DNA of 64,000 nt, from positions 620,001-684,000 of the forward strand of contig OZ059898.1 of NCBI GenBank assembly GCA_964057225.1, written 5' to 3'. Below, one piece after another: positions 42,701 through 58,616 of this stretch. The stretch is from Auanema rhodensis. Lineage: Eukaryota > Animalia > Nematoda. The position numbers and the translations under genes are program-made. The notes beneath the pieces were generated by a model that was given only the letters and a program-made list of their open reading frames with translations, ran no database searches and was not told where the DNA came from. The first letter of the stretch is position 1. Each line of letters opens with the position of its first letter.

Positions 42701-45700
42701 TAGTGCATTCGATGCGGATTTTTAAGCTGCGTCGATCTGTGTTATCAGATTTGCGCTAGCTTAAAAATGCACCGAGATATCAACTGATATAAGTTCACAC
42801 TTATATCCTCGATTTTCACCCTGAAGAATTAATTTTTTCGTTGAATAACATTGTCCATAGTCTTTGCCTTGAAAAAAGGAATCTAAAAACATCTACTTTT
42901 TGCTAAATTATTTTGAAATTTTTCGAAAAAATTTTTGTCAAAATGTTTTTGGAAGCAATGTTGAGTGTACATGGAAACTCAACATACACTAATGCATCAT
43001 TTTTCAAACGATCATAACTAATTTTTGTATTAAGCGTTTCTCAATGTAGTATAGTGCATTCGATGCGGATTTTTAAGCTGCGTCGATCTGTGTTATCAGA
43101 TTTGCGCTAGCTTAAAAATGCACCGAGATATCAACTGATATAAGTTCACACTTATATCCTCGATTTTCACCCTGAAGAATTAATTTTTTCGTTGAATAAC
43201 ATTGTCCATCGTCTTTGCCTTGAAAAAAGGAATCTAAAAACATCTACTTGTTGCTAAATTATTTTGAAATTTTTCGAAAAAATTTTTGTCAAAATGTTTT
43301 TGGAAGCAATGTTGAGTGTACATGGAAACTCAACATACACTAATGCATTATTTTTCAAACGATCATAACTAATTTTTGTATTAAGCGTTTCTCAATGTAG
43401 TATAGTGCATTCGATGCGGATTTTTAAGCTGCGTCGATCTGTGTTATCAGATTTGCGCTAGCTTAAAAATGCACCGAGATATCAACTGATATAAGTTCAC
43501 ACTTATATCCTCGATTTTCACCCTGAAGAATTAATTTTTTCGTTGAATAACATTGTCCATCGTCTTTGCCTTGAAAAAAGGAATCTAAAAACATCTACTT
43601 TTTGCTAAATTATCTTGAAATTTTTCGAAAAAATTTTTGTCAAAATGTTTTTGGAAGCAATGTTGAGTGTACATGGAAACTCAACATACACTAATGCATC
43701 ATTTTTCAAACGATCATAACTAATTTTTGTATTAAGCGTTTCTCAATGTAGTATAGTGCATTGGATGCGGATTTTTAAGCTGCGTCGATCTGTGTTATCA
43801 GATTTGCGCTAGCTTAAAAATGCACCGAGATATCAACTGATATAAGTTCACACTTATATCCTCGATTTTCACCCTGAAGAATTAATTTTTTCGTTGAATA
43901 ACATTGTCCATCGTCTTTGCCTTGAAAAAAGGAATCTAAAAACATCTACTTTTTGCTAAATTATTTTGAAATTTTTCGAAAAAATTTTTGTCAAAATGTT
44001 TTTGGAAGCAATGTTGAGTGTACATGGAAACTCAACATACACTAATGCATCATTTTTCAAACGATCATAACTAATTTTTGTATTAAGCGTTTCTCAATGT
44101 AGTATAGTGCATTCGATGCGGATTTTTAAGCTGCGTCGATCTGTGTTATCAGATTTGCGCTAGCTTAAAAATGCACCGAGATATCAACTGATATAAGTTC
44201 ACACTTATATCCTCGATTTTCACCCTGAAGAATTAATTTTTTCGTTGAATAACATTGTCCATCGTCTTTGCCTTGAAAAAAGGAATCTAAAAACATCTAC
44301 TTTTTGCTAAATTATTTTGAAATTTTTCGAAAAAATTTTTGTCAAAATGTTTTTGGAAGCAATGTTGAGTGTACATGGAAACTCAACATACACTAATGCA
44401 TCATTTTTCAAACGATCATAACTAATTTTTGTATTAAGCGTTTCTCAATGTAGTATAGTGCATTCGATGCGGATTTTTAAGCTGCGTCGATCTGTGTTAT
44501 CAGATTTGCGCTAGCTTAAAAATGCACCGAGATATCAACTGATATAAGTTCACACTTATATCCTCGATTTTCACCCTGAAGAATTAATTTTTTCGTTGAA
44601 TAACATTGTCCATCGTCTTTGCCTTGAAAAAAGGAATCTAAAAACATCTACTTTTTGCTAAATTATTTTGAAATTTTTCGAAAAAATTTTTGTCAAAATG
44701 TTTTTGGAAGCAATGTTGAGTGTACATGGAAACTCAACATACACTAATGCATCATTTTTCAAACGATCATAACTAATTTTTGTATTAAGCGTTTCTCAAT
44801 GTAGTATAGTGCATTCGATGCGGATTTTTAAGCTGCGTCGATCTGTGTTATCAGATTTGCGCTAGCTTAAAAATGCACCGAGATATCAACTGATATAAGT
44901 TCACACTTATATCCTCGATTTTCACCCTGAAGAATTAATTTTTTCGTTGAATAACATTGTCCATCGTCTTTGCCTTGAAAAAAGGAATCTAAAAACATCT
45001 ACTTGTTGCTAAATTATTTTGAAATTTTTCGAAAAAATTTTTGTCAAAATGTTTTTGGAAGCAATGTTGAGTGTACATGGAAACTCAACATACACTAATG
45101 CATTATTTTTCAAACGATCATAACTAATTTTTGTATTAAGCGTTTCTCAATGTAGTATAGTGCATTCGATGCGGATTTTTAAGCTGCGTCGATCTGTGTT
45201 ATCAGATTTGCGCTAGCTTAAAAATGCACCGAGATATCAACTGATATAAGTTCACACTTATATCCTCGATTTTCACCCTGAAGAATTAATTTTTTCGTTG
45301 AATAACATTGTCCATCGTCTTTGCCTTGAAAAAAGGAATCTAAAAACATCTACTTGTTGCTAAATTATTTTGAAATTTTTCGAAAAAATTTTTGTCAAAA
45401 TGTTTTTGGAAGCAATGTTGAGTGTACATGGAAACTCAACATACACTAATGCATTATTTTTCAAACGATCATAACTAATTTTTGTATTAAGCGTTTCTCA
45501 ATGTAGTATAGTGCATTCGATGCGGATTTTTAAGCTGCGTCGATCTGTGTTATCAGATTTGCGCTAGCTTAAAAATGCACCGAGATATCAACTGATATAA
45601 GTTCACACTTATATCCTCGATTTTCACCCTGAAGAATTAATTTTTTCGTTGAATAACATTGTCCATCGTCTTTGCCTTGAAAAAAGGAATCTAAAAACAT

Positions 45701-48700
45701 CTACTTTTTGCTAAATTATTTTGAAATTTTTCGAAAAAATTTTTGTCAAAATGTTTTTGGAAGCAATGTTGAGTGTACATGGAAACTCAACATACACTAA
45801 TGCATCATTTTTCAAACGATCATAACTAATTTTTGTATTAAGCGTTTCTCAATGTAGTATAGTGCATTCGATGCGGATTTTTAAGCTGCGTCGATCTGTG
45901 TTATCAGATTTGCGCTAGCTTAAAAATGCACCGAGATATCAACTGATATAAGTTCACACTTATATCCTCGATTTTCACCCTGAAGAATTAATTTTTTCGT
46001 TGAATAACATTGTCCATCGTCTTTGCCTTGAAAAAAGGAATCTAAAAACATCTACTTTTTGCTAAATTATTTTGAAATTTTTCGAAAAAATTTTTGTCAA
46101 AATGTTTTTGGAAGCAATGTTGAGTGTACATGGAAACTCAACATACACTAATGCATCATTTTTCAAACGATCATAACTAATTTTTGTATTAAGCGTTTCT
46201 CAATGTAGTATAGTGCATTCGATGCGGATTTTTAAGCTGCGTCGATCTGTGTTATCAGATTTGCGCTAGCTTAAAAATGCACCGAGATATCAACTGATAT
46301 AAGTTCACACTTATATCCTCGATTTTCACCCTGAAGAATTAATTTTTTCGTTGAATAACATTGTCCATCGTCTTTGCCTTGAAAAAAGGAATCTAAAAAC
46401 ATCTACTTGTTGCTAAATTATTTTGAAATTTTTCGAAAAAATTTTTGTCAAAATGTTTTTGGAAGCAATGTTGAGTGTACATGGAAACTCAACATACACT
46501 AATGCATTATTTTTCAAACGATCATAACTAATTTTTGTATTAAGCGTTTCTCAATGTAGTATAGTGCATTCGATGCGGATTTTTAAGCTGCGTCGATCTG
46601 TGTTATCAGATTTGCGCTAGCTTAAAAATGCACCGAGATATCAACTGATATAAGTTCACACTTATATCCTCGATTTTCACCCTGAAGAATTAATTTTTTC
46701 GTTGAATAACATTGTCCATCGTCTTTGCCTTGAAAAAAGGAATCTAAAAACATCTACTTTTTGCTAAATTATTTTGAAATTTTTCGAAAAAATTTTTGTC
46801 AAAATGTTTTTGGAAGCAATGTTGAGTGTACATGGAAACTCAACATACACTAATGCATCATTTTTCAAACGATCATAACTAATTTTTGTATTAAGCGTTT
46901 CTCAATGTAGTATAGTGCATTCGATGCGGATTTTTAAGCTGCGTCGATCTGTGTTATCAGATTTGCGCTAGCTTAAAAATGCACCGAGATATCAACTGAT
47001 ATAAGTTCACACTTATATCCTCGATTTTCACCCTGAAGAATTAATTTTTTCGTTGAATAACATTGTCCATCGTCTTTGCCTTGAAAAAAGGAATCTAAAA
47101 ACATCTACTTTTTGCTAAATTATTTTGAAATTTTTCGAAAAAATTTTTGTCAAAATGTTTTTGGAAGCAATGTTGAGTGTACATGGAAACTCAACATACA
47201 CTAATGCATCATTTTTCAAACGATCATAACTAATTTTTGTATTAAGCGTTTCTCAATGTAGTATAGTGCATTCGATGCGGATTTTTAAGCTGCGTCGATC
47301 TGTGTTATCAGATTTGCGCTAGCTTAAAAATGCACCGAGATATCAACTGATATAAGTTCACACTTATATCCTCGATTTTCACCCTGAAGAATTAATTTTT
47401 TCGTTGAATAACATTGTCCATCGTCTTTGCCTTGAAAAAAGGAATCTAAAAACATCTACTTTTTGCTAAATTATTTTGAAATTTTTCGAAAAAATTTTTG
47501 TCAAAATGTTTTTGGAAGCAATGTTGAGTGTACATGGAAACTCAACATACACTAATGCATCATTTTTCAAACGATCATAACTAATTTTTGTATTAAGCGT
47601 TTCTCAATGTAGTATAGTGCATTCGATGCGGATTTTTAAGCTGCGTCGATCTGTGTTATCAGATTTGCGCTAGCTTAAAAATGCACCGAGATATCAACTG
47701 ATATAAGTTCACACTTATATCCTCGATTTTCACCCTGAAGAATTAATTTTTTCGTTGAATAACATTGTCCATCGTCTTTGCCTTGAAAAAAGGAATCTAA
47801 AAACATCTACTTGTTGCTAAATTATTTTGAAATTTTTCGAAAAAATTTTTGTCAAAATGTTTTTGGAAGCAATGTTGAGTGTACATGGAAACTCAACATA
47901 CACTAATGCATCATTTTTCAAACGATCATAACTAATTTTTGTATTAAGCGTTTCTCAATGTAGTATAGTGCATTCGATGCGGATTTTTAAGCTGCGTCGA
48001 TCTGTGTTATCAGATTTGCGCTAGCTTAAAAATGCACCGAGATATCAACTGATATAAGTTCACACTTATATCCTCGATTTTCACCCTGAAGAATTAATTT
48101 TTTCGTTGAATAACATTGTCCATCGTCTTTGCCTTGAAAAAAGGAATCTAAAAACATCTACTTTTTGCTAAATTATTTTGAAATTTTTCGAAAAAATTTT
48201 TGTCAAAATGTTTTTGGAAGCAATGTTGAGTGTACATGGAAACTCAACATACACTAATGCATCATTTTTCAAACGATCATAACTAATTTTTGTATTAAGC
48301 GTTTCTCAATGTAGTATAGTGCATTCGATGCGGATTTTTAAGCTGCGTCGATCTGTGTTATCAGATTTGCGCTAGCTTAAAAATGCACCGAGATATCAAC
48401 TGATATAAGTTCACACTTATATCCTCGATTTTCACCCTGAAGAATTAATTTTTTCGTTGAATAACATTGTCCATCGTCTTTGCCTTGAAAAAAGGAATCT
48501 AAAAACATCTACTTGTTGCTAAATTATTTTGAAATTTTTCGAAAAAATTTTTGTCAAAATGTTTTTGGAAGCAATGTTGAGTGTACATGGAAACTCAACA
48601 TACACTAATGCATTATTTTTCAAACGATCATAACTAATTTTTGTATTAAGCGTTTCTCAATGTAGTATAGTGCATTCGATGCGGATTTTTAAGCTGCGTC

Positions 48701-51700
48701 GATCTGTGTTATCAGATTTGCGCTAGCTTAAAAATGCACCGAGATATCAACTGATATAAGTTCACACTTATATCCTCGATTTTCACCCTGAAGAATTAAT
48801 TTTTTCGTTGAATAACATTGTCCATCGTCTTTGCCTTGAAAAAAGGAATCTAAAAACATCTACTTTTTGCTAAATTATTTTGAAATTTTTCGAAAAAATT
48901 TTTGTCAAAATGTTTTTGGAAGCAATGTTGAGTGTACATGGAAACTCAACATACACTAATGCATCATTTTTCAAACGATCATAACTAATTTTTGTATTAA
49001 GCGTTTCTCAATGTAGTATAGTGCATTCGATGCGGATTTTTAAGCTGCGTCGATCTGTGTTATCAGATTTGCGCTAGCTTAAAAATGCACCGAGATATCA
49101 ACTGATATAAGTTCACACTTATATCCTCGATTTTCACCCTGAAGAATTAATTTTTTCGTTGAATAAGATTGTCCATCGTCTTTGCCTTGAAAAAAGGAAT
49201 CTAAAAACATCTACTTTTTGCTAAATTATTTTGAAATTTTTCGAAAAAATTTTTGTCAAAATGTTTTTGGAAGCAATGTTGAGTGTACATGGAAACTCAA
49301 CATACACTAATGCATCATTTTTCAAACGATCATAACTAATTTTTGTATTAAGCGTTTCTCAATGTAGTATAGTGCATTCGATGCGGATTTTTAAGCTGCG
49401 TCGATCTGTGTTATCAGATTTGCGCTAGCTTAAAAATGCACCGAGATATCAACTGATATAAGTTCACACTTATATCCTCGATTTTCACCCTGAAGAATTA
49501 ATTTTTTCGTTGAATAACATTGTCCATCGTCTTTGCCTTGAAAAAAGGAATCTAAAAACATCTACTTTTTGCTAAATTATTTTGAAATTTTTCGAAAAAA
49601 TTTTTGTCAAAATGTTTTTGGAAGCAATGTTGAGTGTACATGGAAACTCAACATACACTAATGCATCATTTTTCAAACGATCATAACTAATTTTTGTATT
49701 AAGCGTTTCTCAATGTAGTATAGTGCATTCGATGCGGATTTTTAAGCTGCGTCGATCTGTGTTATCAGATTTGCGCTAGCTTAAAAATGCACCGAGATAT
49801 CAACTGATATAAGTTCACACTTATATCCTCGATTTTCACCCTGAAGAATTAATTTTTTCGTTGAATAACATTGTCCATCGTCTTTGCCTTGAAAAAAGGA
49901 ATCTAAAAACATCTACTTTTTGCTAAATTATTTTGAAATTTTTCGAAAAAATTTTTGTCAAAATGTTTTTGGAAGCAATGTTGAGTGTACATGGAAACTC
50001 AACATACACTAATGCATCATTTTTCAAACGATCATAACTAATTTTTGTATTAAGCGTTTCTCAATGTAGTATAGTGCATTCAATGCGGATTTTTAAGCTG
50101 CGTCGATCTGTGTTATCAGATTTGCGCTAGCTTAAAAATGCACCGAGATATCAACTGATATAAGTTCACACTTATATCCTCGATTTTCACCCTGAAGAAT
50201 TAATTTTTTCGTTGAATAACATTGTCCATCGTCTTTGCCTTGAAAAAAGGAATCTAAAAACATCTACTTTTTGCTAAATTATTTTGAAATTTTTCGAAAA
50301 AATTTTTGTCAAAATGTTTTTGGAAGCAATGTTGAGTGTACATGGAAACTCAACATACACTAATGCATCATTTTTCAAACGATCATAACTAATTTTTGTA
50401 TTAAGCGTTTCTCAATGTAGTATAGTGCATTCGATGCGGATTTTTAAGCTGCGTCGATCTGTGTTATCAGATTTGCGCTAGCTTAAAAATGCACCGAGAT
50501 ATCAACTGATATAAGTTCACACTTATATCCTCGATTTTCACCCTGAAGAATTAATTTTTTCGTTGAATAACATTGTCCATCGTCTTTGCCTTGAAAAAAG
50601 GAATCTAAAAACATCTACTTGTTGCTAAATTATTTTGAAATTTTTCGAAAAAATTTTTGTCAAAATGTTTTTGGAAGCAATGTTGAGTGTACATGGAAAC
50701 TCAACATACACTAATGCATTATTTTTCAAACGATCATAACTAATTTTTGTATTAAGCGTTTCTCAATGTAGTATAGTGCATTCGATGCGGATTTTTAAGC
50801 TGCGTCGATCTGTGTTATCAGATTTGCGCTAGCTTAAAAATGCACCGAGATATCAACTGATATAAGTTCACACTTATATCCTCGATTTTCACCCTGAAGA
50901 ATTAATTTTTTCGTTGAATAACATTGTCCATCGTCTTTGCCTTGAAAAAAGGAATCTAAAAACATCTACTTGTTGCTAAATTATTTTGAAATTTTTCGAA
51001 AAAATTTTTGTCAAAATGTTTTTGGAAGCAATGTTGAGTGTACATGGAAACTCAACATACACTAATGCATTATTTTTCAAACGATCATAACTAATTTTTG
51101 TATTAAGCGTTTCTCAATGTAGTATAGTGCATTCGATGCGGATTTTTAAGCTGCGTCGATCTGTGTTATCAGATTTGCGCTAGCTTAAAAATCCACCGAG
51201 ATATCAACTGATATAAGTTCACACTTATATCCTCGATTTTCACCCTGAAGAATTAATTTTTTCGTTGAATAACATTGTCCATCGTCTTTGCCTTGAAAAA
51301 AGAAATTTAAAAACATCTACTTTTTGCTAAATTATTTTGAAATTTTTCGAAAAAATTTTTGTCAAAATGTTTTTGGAAGCAATGTTGAGTGTACATGGAA
51401 ACTCAACATACACTAATGCATCATTTTTCAAACGATCATAACTAATTTTTGTATTAAGCGTTTCTCAATGTAGTATAGTGCATTCGATGCGGATTTTTAA
51501 GCTGCGTCGATCTGTGTTATCAGATTTGCGCTAGCTTAAAAATCCACCGAGATATCAACTGATATAAGTTCACACTTATATCCTCGATTTTCACCCTGAA
51601 GAATTAATTTTTTTGTTGAATAACATTGTCCATCGTCTTTGCCTTGAAAAAAGGAATCTAAAAACATCTACTTTTTGCTAAATTATTCTGAAATTTTTCG

Positions 51701-54700
51701 AAAAAATTTTTGTCAAAATGTTTTTGGAAGCAATGTTGAGTGTACATGGAAACTCAACATACACTAATGCATCATTTTTCAAACGATCATAACTAATTTT
51801 TGTATTAAGCGTTTCTCAATGTAGTATAGTGCATTCGATGCGGATTTTTAAGCTGCGTCGATCTGTGTTATCAGATTTGCGCTAGCTTAAAAATGCACCG
51901 AGATATCAACTGATATAAGTTCACACTTATATCCTCGATTTTCACCCTGAAGAATTAATTTTTTCGTTGAATAACATTGTGCATCGTCTTTGCCTTGAAA
52001 AAAGGAATCTAAAAACATCTACTTTTTGCTAAATTATTTTGAAATTTTTCGAAAAAATTTTTGTCAAAATGTTTTTGGAAGCAATGTTGAGTGTACATGG
52101 AAACTCAACATACACTAATGCATCATTTTTCAAACGATCATAACTAATTTTTGTATTAAGCGTTTCTCAATGTAGTATAGTGCATTCGATGCGGATTTTT
52201 AAGCTGCGTCGATCTGTGTTATCAGATTTGCGCTAGCTTAAAAATGCACCGAGATATCAACTGATATAAGTTCACACTTATATCCTCGATTTTCACCCTG
52301 AAGAATTAATTTTTTCGTTGAATAACATTGTCCATCGTCTTTGCCTTGAAAAAAGGAATCTAAAAACATCTACTTTTTGCTAAATTATTTTGAAATTTTT
52401 CGAAAAAATTTTTGTCAAAATGTTTTTGGAAGCAATGTTGAGTGTACATGGAAACTCAACATACACTAATGCATCATTTTTCAAACGATCATAACTAATT
52501 TTTGTATTAAGCGTTTCTCAATGTAGTATAGTGCATTCGATGCGGATTTTTAAGCTGCGTCGATCTGTGTTATCAGATTTGCGCTAGCTTAAAAATCCAC
52601 CGAGATATCAACTGATATAAGTTCACACTTATATCCTCGATTTTCACCCTGAAGAATTAATTTTTTCGTTGAATAACATTGTCCATCGTCTTTGCCTTGA
52701 AAAAAGGAATCTAAAAACATCTACTTTTTGCTAAATTATTTTGAAATTTTTCGAAAAAATTTTTGTCAAAATGTTTTTGGAAGCAATGTTGAGTGTACAT
52801 GGAAACTCAACATACACTAATGCATCATTTTTCAAACGATCATAACTAATTTTTGTATTAAGCGTTTCTCAATGTAGTATAGTGCATTCGATGCGGATTT
52901 TTAAGCTGCGTCGATCTGTGTTATCAGATTTGCGCTAGCTTAAAAATGCACCGAGATATCAACTGATATAAGTTCACACTTATATCCTCGATTTTCACCC
53001 TGAAGAATTAATTTTTTCGTTGAATAACATTGTCCATCGTCTTTGCCTTGAAAAAAGGAATCTAAAAACATCTACTTTTTGCTAAATTATTTTGAAATTT
53101 TTCGAAAAAATTTTTGTCAAAATGTTTTTGGAAGCAATGTTGAGTGTACATGGAAACTCAACATACACTAATGCATCATTTTTCAAACGATCATAACTAA
53201 TTTTTGTATTAAGCGTTTCTCAATGTAGTATAGTGCATTCGATGCGGATTTTTAAGCTGCGTCGATCTGTGTTATCAGATTTGCGCTAGCTTAAAAATGC
53301 ACCGAGATATCAACTGATAGAAGTTCACACTTATATCCTCGATTTTCACCCTGAAGAATTAATTTTTTCGTTGAATAACATTGTCCATCGTCTTTGCCTT
53401 GAAAAAAGGAATCTAAAAACATCTACTTTTTGCTAAATTATTTTGAAATTTTTCGAAAAAATTTTTGTCAAAATGTTTTTGGAAGCAATGTTGAGTGTAC
53501 ATGGAAACTCAACATACACTAATGCATCATTTTTCAAACGATCATAACTAATTTTTGTATTAAGCGTTTCTCAATGTAGTATAGTGCATTCGATGCGGAT
53601 TTTTAAGCTGCGTCGATCTGTGTTATCAGATTTGCGCTAGCTTAAAAATGCACCGAGATATCAACTGATATAAGTTCACACTTATATCCTCGATTTTCAC
53701 CCTGAAGAATTAATTTTTTCGTTGAATAACATTGTCCATCGTCTTTGCCTTGAAAAAAGGAATCTAAAAACATCTACTTTTTGCTAAATTATTTTGAAAT
53801 TTTTCGAAAAAATTTTTGTCAAAATGTTTTTGGAAGCAATGTTGAGTGTACATGGAAACTCAACATACACTAATGCATCATTTTTCAAACGATCATAACT
53901 AATTTTTGTATTAAGCGTTTCTCAATGTAGTATAGTGCATTCGATGCGGATTTTTAAGCTGCGTCGATCTGTGTTATCAGATTTGCGCTAGCTTAAAAAT
54001 GCACCGAGATATCAACTGATATAAGTTCACACTTATATCCTCGATTTTCACCCTGAAGAATTAATTTTTTCGTTGAATAACATTGTCCATCGTCTTTGCC
54101 TTGAAAAAAGGAATCTAAAAACATCTACTTTTTGCTAAATTATTTTGAAATTTTTCGAAAAAATTTTTGTCAAAATGTTTTTGGAAGCAATGTTGAGTGT
54201 ACATGGAAACTCAACATACACTAATGCATCATTTTTCAAACGATCATAACTAATTTTTGTATTAAGCGTTTCTCAATGTAGTATAGTGCATTCGATGCGG
54301 ATTTTTAAGCTGCGTCGATCTGTGTTATCAGATTTGCGCTAGCTTAAAAATGCACCGAGATATCAACTGATATAAGTTCACACTTATATCCTCGATTTTC
54401 ACCCTGAAGAATTAATTTTTTCGTTGAATAACATTGTCCATCGTCTTTGCCTTGAAAAAAGGAATCTAAAAACATCTACTTTTTGCTAAATTATTTTGAA
54501 ATTTTTCGAAAAAATTTTTGTCAAAATGTTTTTGGAAGCAATGTTGAGTGTACATGGAAACTCAACATACACTAATGCATCATTTTTCAAACGATCATAA
54601 CTAATTTTTGTATTAAGCGTTTCTCAATGTAGTATAGTGCATTCGATGCGGATTTTTAAGCTGCGTCGATCTGTGTTATCAGATTTGCGCTAGCTTAAAA

Positions 54701-57700
54701 ATGCACCGAGATATCAACTGATATAAGTTCACACTTATATCCTCGATTTTCACCCTGAAGAATTAATTTTTTCGTTGAATAACATTGTCCATCGTCTTTG
54801 CCTTGAAAAAAGGAATCTAAAAACATCTACTTTTTGCTAAATTATTTTGAAATTTTTCGAAAAAATTTTTGTCAAAATGTTTTTGGAAGCAATGTTGAGT
54901 GTACATGGAAACTCAACATACACTAATGCATCATTTTTCAAACGATCATAACTAATTTTTGTATTAAGCGTTTCTCAATGTAGTATAGTGCATTCGATGC
55001 GGATTTTTAAGCTGCGTCGATCTGTGTTATCAGATTTGCGCTAGCTTAAAAATGCACCGAGATATCAACTGATATAAGTTCACACTTATATCCTCGATTT
55101 TCACCCTGAAGAATTAATTTTTTCGTTGAATAACATTGTCCATCGTCTTTGCCTTGAAAAAAGGAATCTAAAAACATCTACTTGTTGCTAAATTATTTTG
55201 AAATTTTTCGAAAAAATTTTTGTCAAAATGTTTTTGGAAGCAATGTTGAGTGTACATGGAAACTCAACATACACTAATGCATTATTTTTCAAACGATCAT
55301 AACTAATTTTTGTATTAAGCGTTTCTCAATGTAGTATAGTGCATTCGATGCGGATTTTTAAGCTGCGTCGATCTGTGTTATCAGATTTGCGCTAGCTTAA
55401 AAATGCACCGAGATATCAACTGATATAAGTTCACACTTATATCCTCGATTTTCACCCTGAAGAATTAATTTTTTCGTTGAATAACATTGTCCATCGTCTT
55501 TGCCTTGAAAAAAGGAATCTAAAAACATCTACTTGTTGCTAAATTATTTTGAAATTTTTCGAAAAAATTTTTGTCAAAATGTTTTTGGAAGCAATGTTGA
55601 GTGTACATGGAAACTCAACATACACTAATGCATTATTTTTCAAACGATCATAACTAATTTTTGTATTAAGCGTTTCTCAATGTAGTATAGTGCATTCGAT
55701 GCGGATTTTTAAGCTGCGTCGATCTGTGTTATCAGATTTGCGCTAGCTTAAAAATCCACCGAGATATCAACTGATATAAGTCCACACTTATATCCTCGAT
55801 TTTCACCCTGAAGAATTAATTTTTTCGTTGAATAACATTGTCCATCGTCTTTGCCTTGAAAAAAGGAATTTAAAAACATCTACTTTTTGCTAAATTATTT
55901 TGAAATTTTTCGAAAAAATTTTTGTCAAAATGTTTTTGGAAGCAATGTTGAGTGTACATGGAAACTCAACATACACTAATGCATCATTTTTCAAACGATC
56001 ATAACTAATTTTTGTATTAAGCGTTTCTCAATGTAGTATAGTGCATTCGATGCGGATTTTTAAGCTGCGTCGATCTGTGTTATCAGATTTGCGCTAGCTT
56101 AAAAATCCACCGAGATATCAACTGATATAAGTTCACACTTATATCCTCGATTTTCAAACTGAAGAATTAATTTTTTCGTTGAATAACATTGTCCATCGTC
56201 TTTGCCTTGAAAAAAGGAATCTAAAAACATCTACTTTTTGCTAAATTATTTTGAAATTTTTCGAAAAAATTTTTGTCAAAATGTTTTTGGAAGCAATGTT
56301 GAGTGTACATGGAAACTCAACATACACTAATGCATCATTTTTCAAACGATCATAACTAATTTTTGTATTAAGCGTTTCTCAATGTAGTATAGTGCATTCG
56401 ATGCGGATTTTTAAGCTGCGTCGATCTGTGTTATCAGATTTGCGCTAGCTTAAAAATCCACCGAGATATCAACTGATATAAGTTCACACTTATATCCTCG
56501 ATTTTCACCCTGAAGAATTAATTTTTTCGTTGAATAACATTGTCCATCGTCTTTGCCTTGAAAAAAGGAATCTAAAAACATCTACTTTTTGCTAAATTAT
56601 TTTGAAATTTTTCGAAAAAATTTTTGTCAAAATGTTTTTGGAAGCAATGTTGAGTGTACATGGAAACTCAACATACACTAATGCATCATTTTTCAAACGA
56701 TCATAACTAATTTTTGTATTAAGCGTTTCTCAATGTAGTATAGTGCATTCGATGCGGATTTTTAAGCTGCGTCGATCTGTGTTATCAGATTTGCGCTAGC
56801 TTAAAAATGCACCGAGATATCAACTGATATAAGTTCACACTTATATCCTCGATTTTCACCCTGAAGAATTAATTTTTTCGTTGAATAACATTGTCCATCG
56901 TCTTTGCCTTGAAAAAAGGAATCTAAAAACATCTACTTTTTGCTAAATTATTTTGAAATTTTTCGAAAAAATTTTTGTCAAAATGTTTTTGGAAGCAATG
57001 TTGAGTGTACATGGAAACTCAACATACACTAATGCATCATTTTTCAAACGATCATAACTAATTTTTGTATTAAGCGTTTCTCAATGTAGTATAGTGCATT
57101 CGATGCGGATTTTTAAGCTGCGTCGATCTGTGTTATCAGATTTGCGCTAGCTTAAAAATGCACCGAGATATCAACTGATATAAGTTCACACTTATATCCT
57201 CGATTTTCACCCTGAAGAATTAATTTTTTCGTTGAATAACATTGTCCATCGTCTTTGCCTTGAAAAAAGGAATCTAAAAACATCTACTTGTTGCTAAATT
57301 ATTTTGAAATTTTTCGAAAAAATTTTTGTCAAAATGTTTTTGGAAGCAATGTTGAGTGTACATGGAAACTCAACATACACTAATGCATTATTTTTCAAAC
57401 GATCATAACTAATTTTTGTATTAAGCGTTTCTCAATGTAGTATAGTGCATTCGATGCGGATTTTTAAGCTGCGTCGATCTGTGTTATCAGATTTGCGCTA
57501 GCTTAAAAATCCACCGAGATATCAACTGATATAAGTTCACACTTATATCCTCGATTTTCACCCTGAAGAATTAATTTTTTCGTTGAATAACAATGTCCAT
57601 CGTCTTTGCCTTGAAAAAAGGAATCTAAAAACATCTACTTGTTGCTAAATTATTTTGAAATTTTTCGAAAAAATTTTTGTCAAAATGTTTTTGGAAGCAA

Positions 57701-58616
57701 TGTTGAGTGTACATGGAAACTCAACATACACTAATGCATTATTTTTCAAACGATCATAACTAATTTTTGTATTTAGCGTTTCTCAATGTAGTATAGTGCA
57801 TTCGATGCGGATTTTTAAGCTGTGTCGATCTGTGTTATCAGATTTGCGCTAGCTTAAAAATCCACCGAGATATCAACTGATATAAGTTCACACTTATATC
57901 CTCGATTTTCACCCTGAAGAATTAATTTTTTCGTTGAATAACATTGTCCATCGTCTTTGCCTTGAAAAAAGGAATCTAAAAACATCTACTTTTTGCTAAA
58001 TTATTTTGAAATTTTTCGAAAAAATTTTTGTCAAAATGTTTTTGGAAGCAATGTTGAGTGTACATGGAAACTCAACATACACTAATGCATCATTTTTCAA
58101 ACGATCATAACTAATTTTTGTATTAAGCGTTTCTCAATGTAGTATAGTGCATTCGATGCGGATTTTTAAGCTGCGTCGATCTGTGTTATCAGATTTGCGC
58201 TAGCTTAAAAATGCACCGAGATATCAACTGATATAAGTTCACACTTATATCCTCGATTTTCACCCTGAAGAATTAATTTTTTCGTTGAATAACATTGTCC
58301 ATCGTCTTTGCCTTGAAAAAAGGAATCTAAAAACATCTACTTGTTGCTAAATTATTTTGAAATTTTTCGAAAAAATTTTTGTCAAAATGTTTTTGGAAGC
58401 AATGTTGAGTGTACATGGAAACTCAACATACACTAATGCATTATTTTTCAAACGATCATAACTAATTTTTGTATTAAGCGTTTCTCAATGTAGTATAGTG
58501 CATTCGATGCGGATTTTTAAGCTGCGTCGATCTGTGTTATCAGATTTGCGCTAGCTTAAAAATCCACCGAGATATCAACTGATATAAGTTCACACTTATA
58601 TCCTCGATTTTCACCC

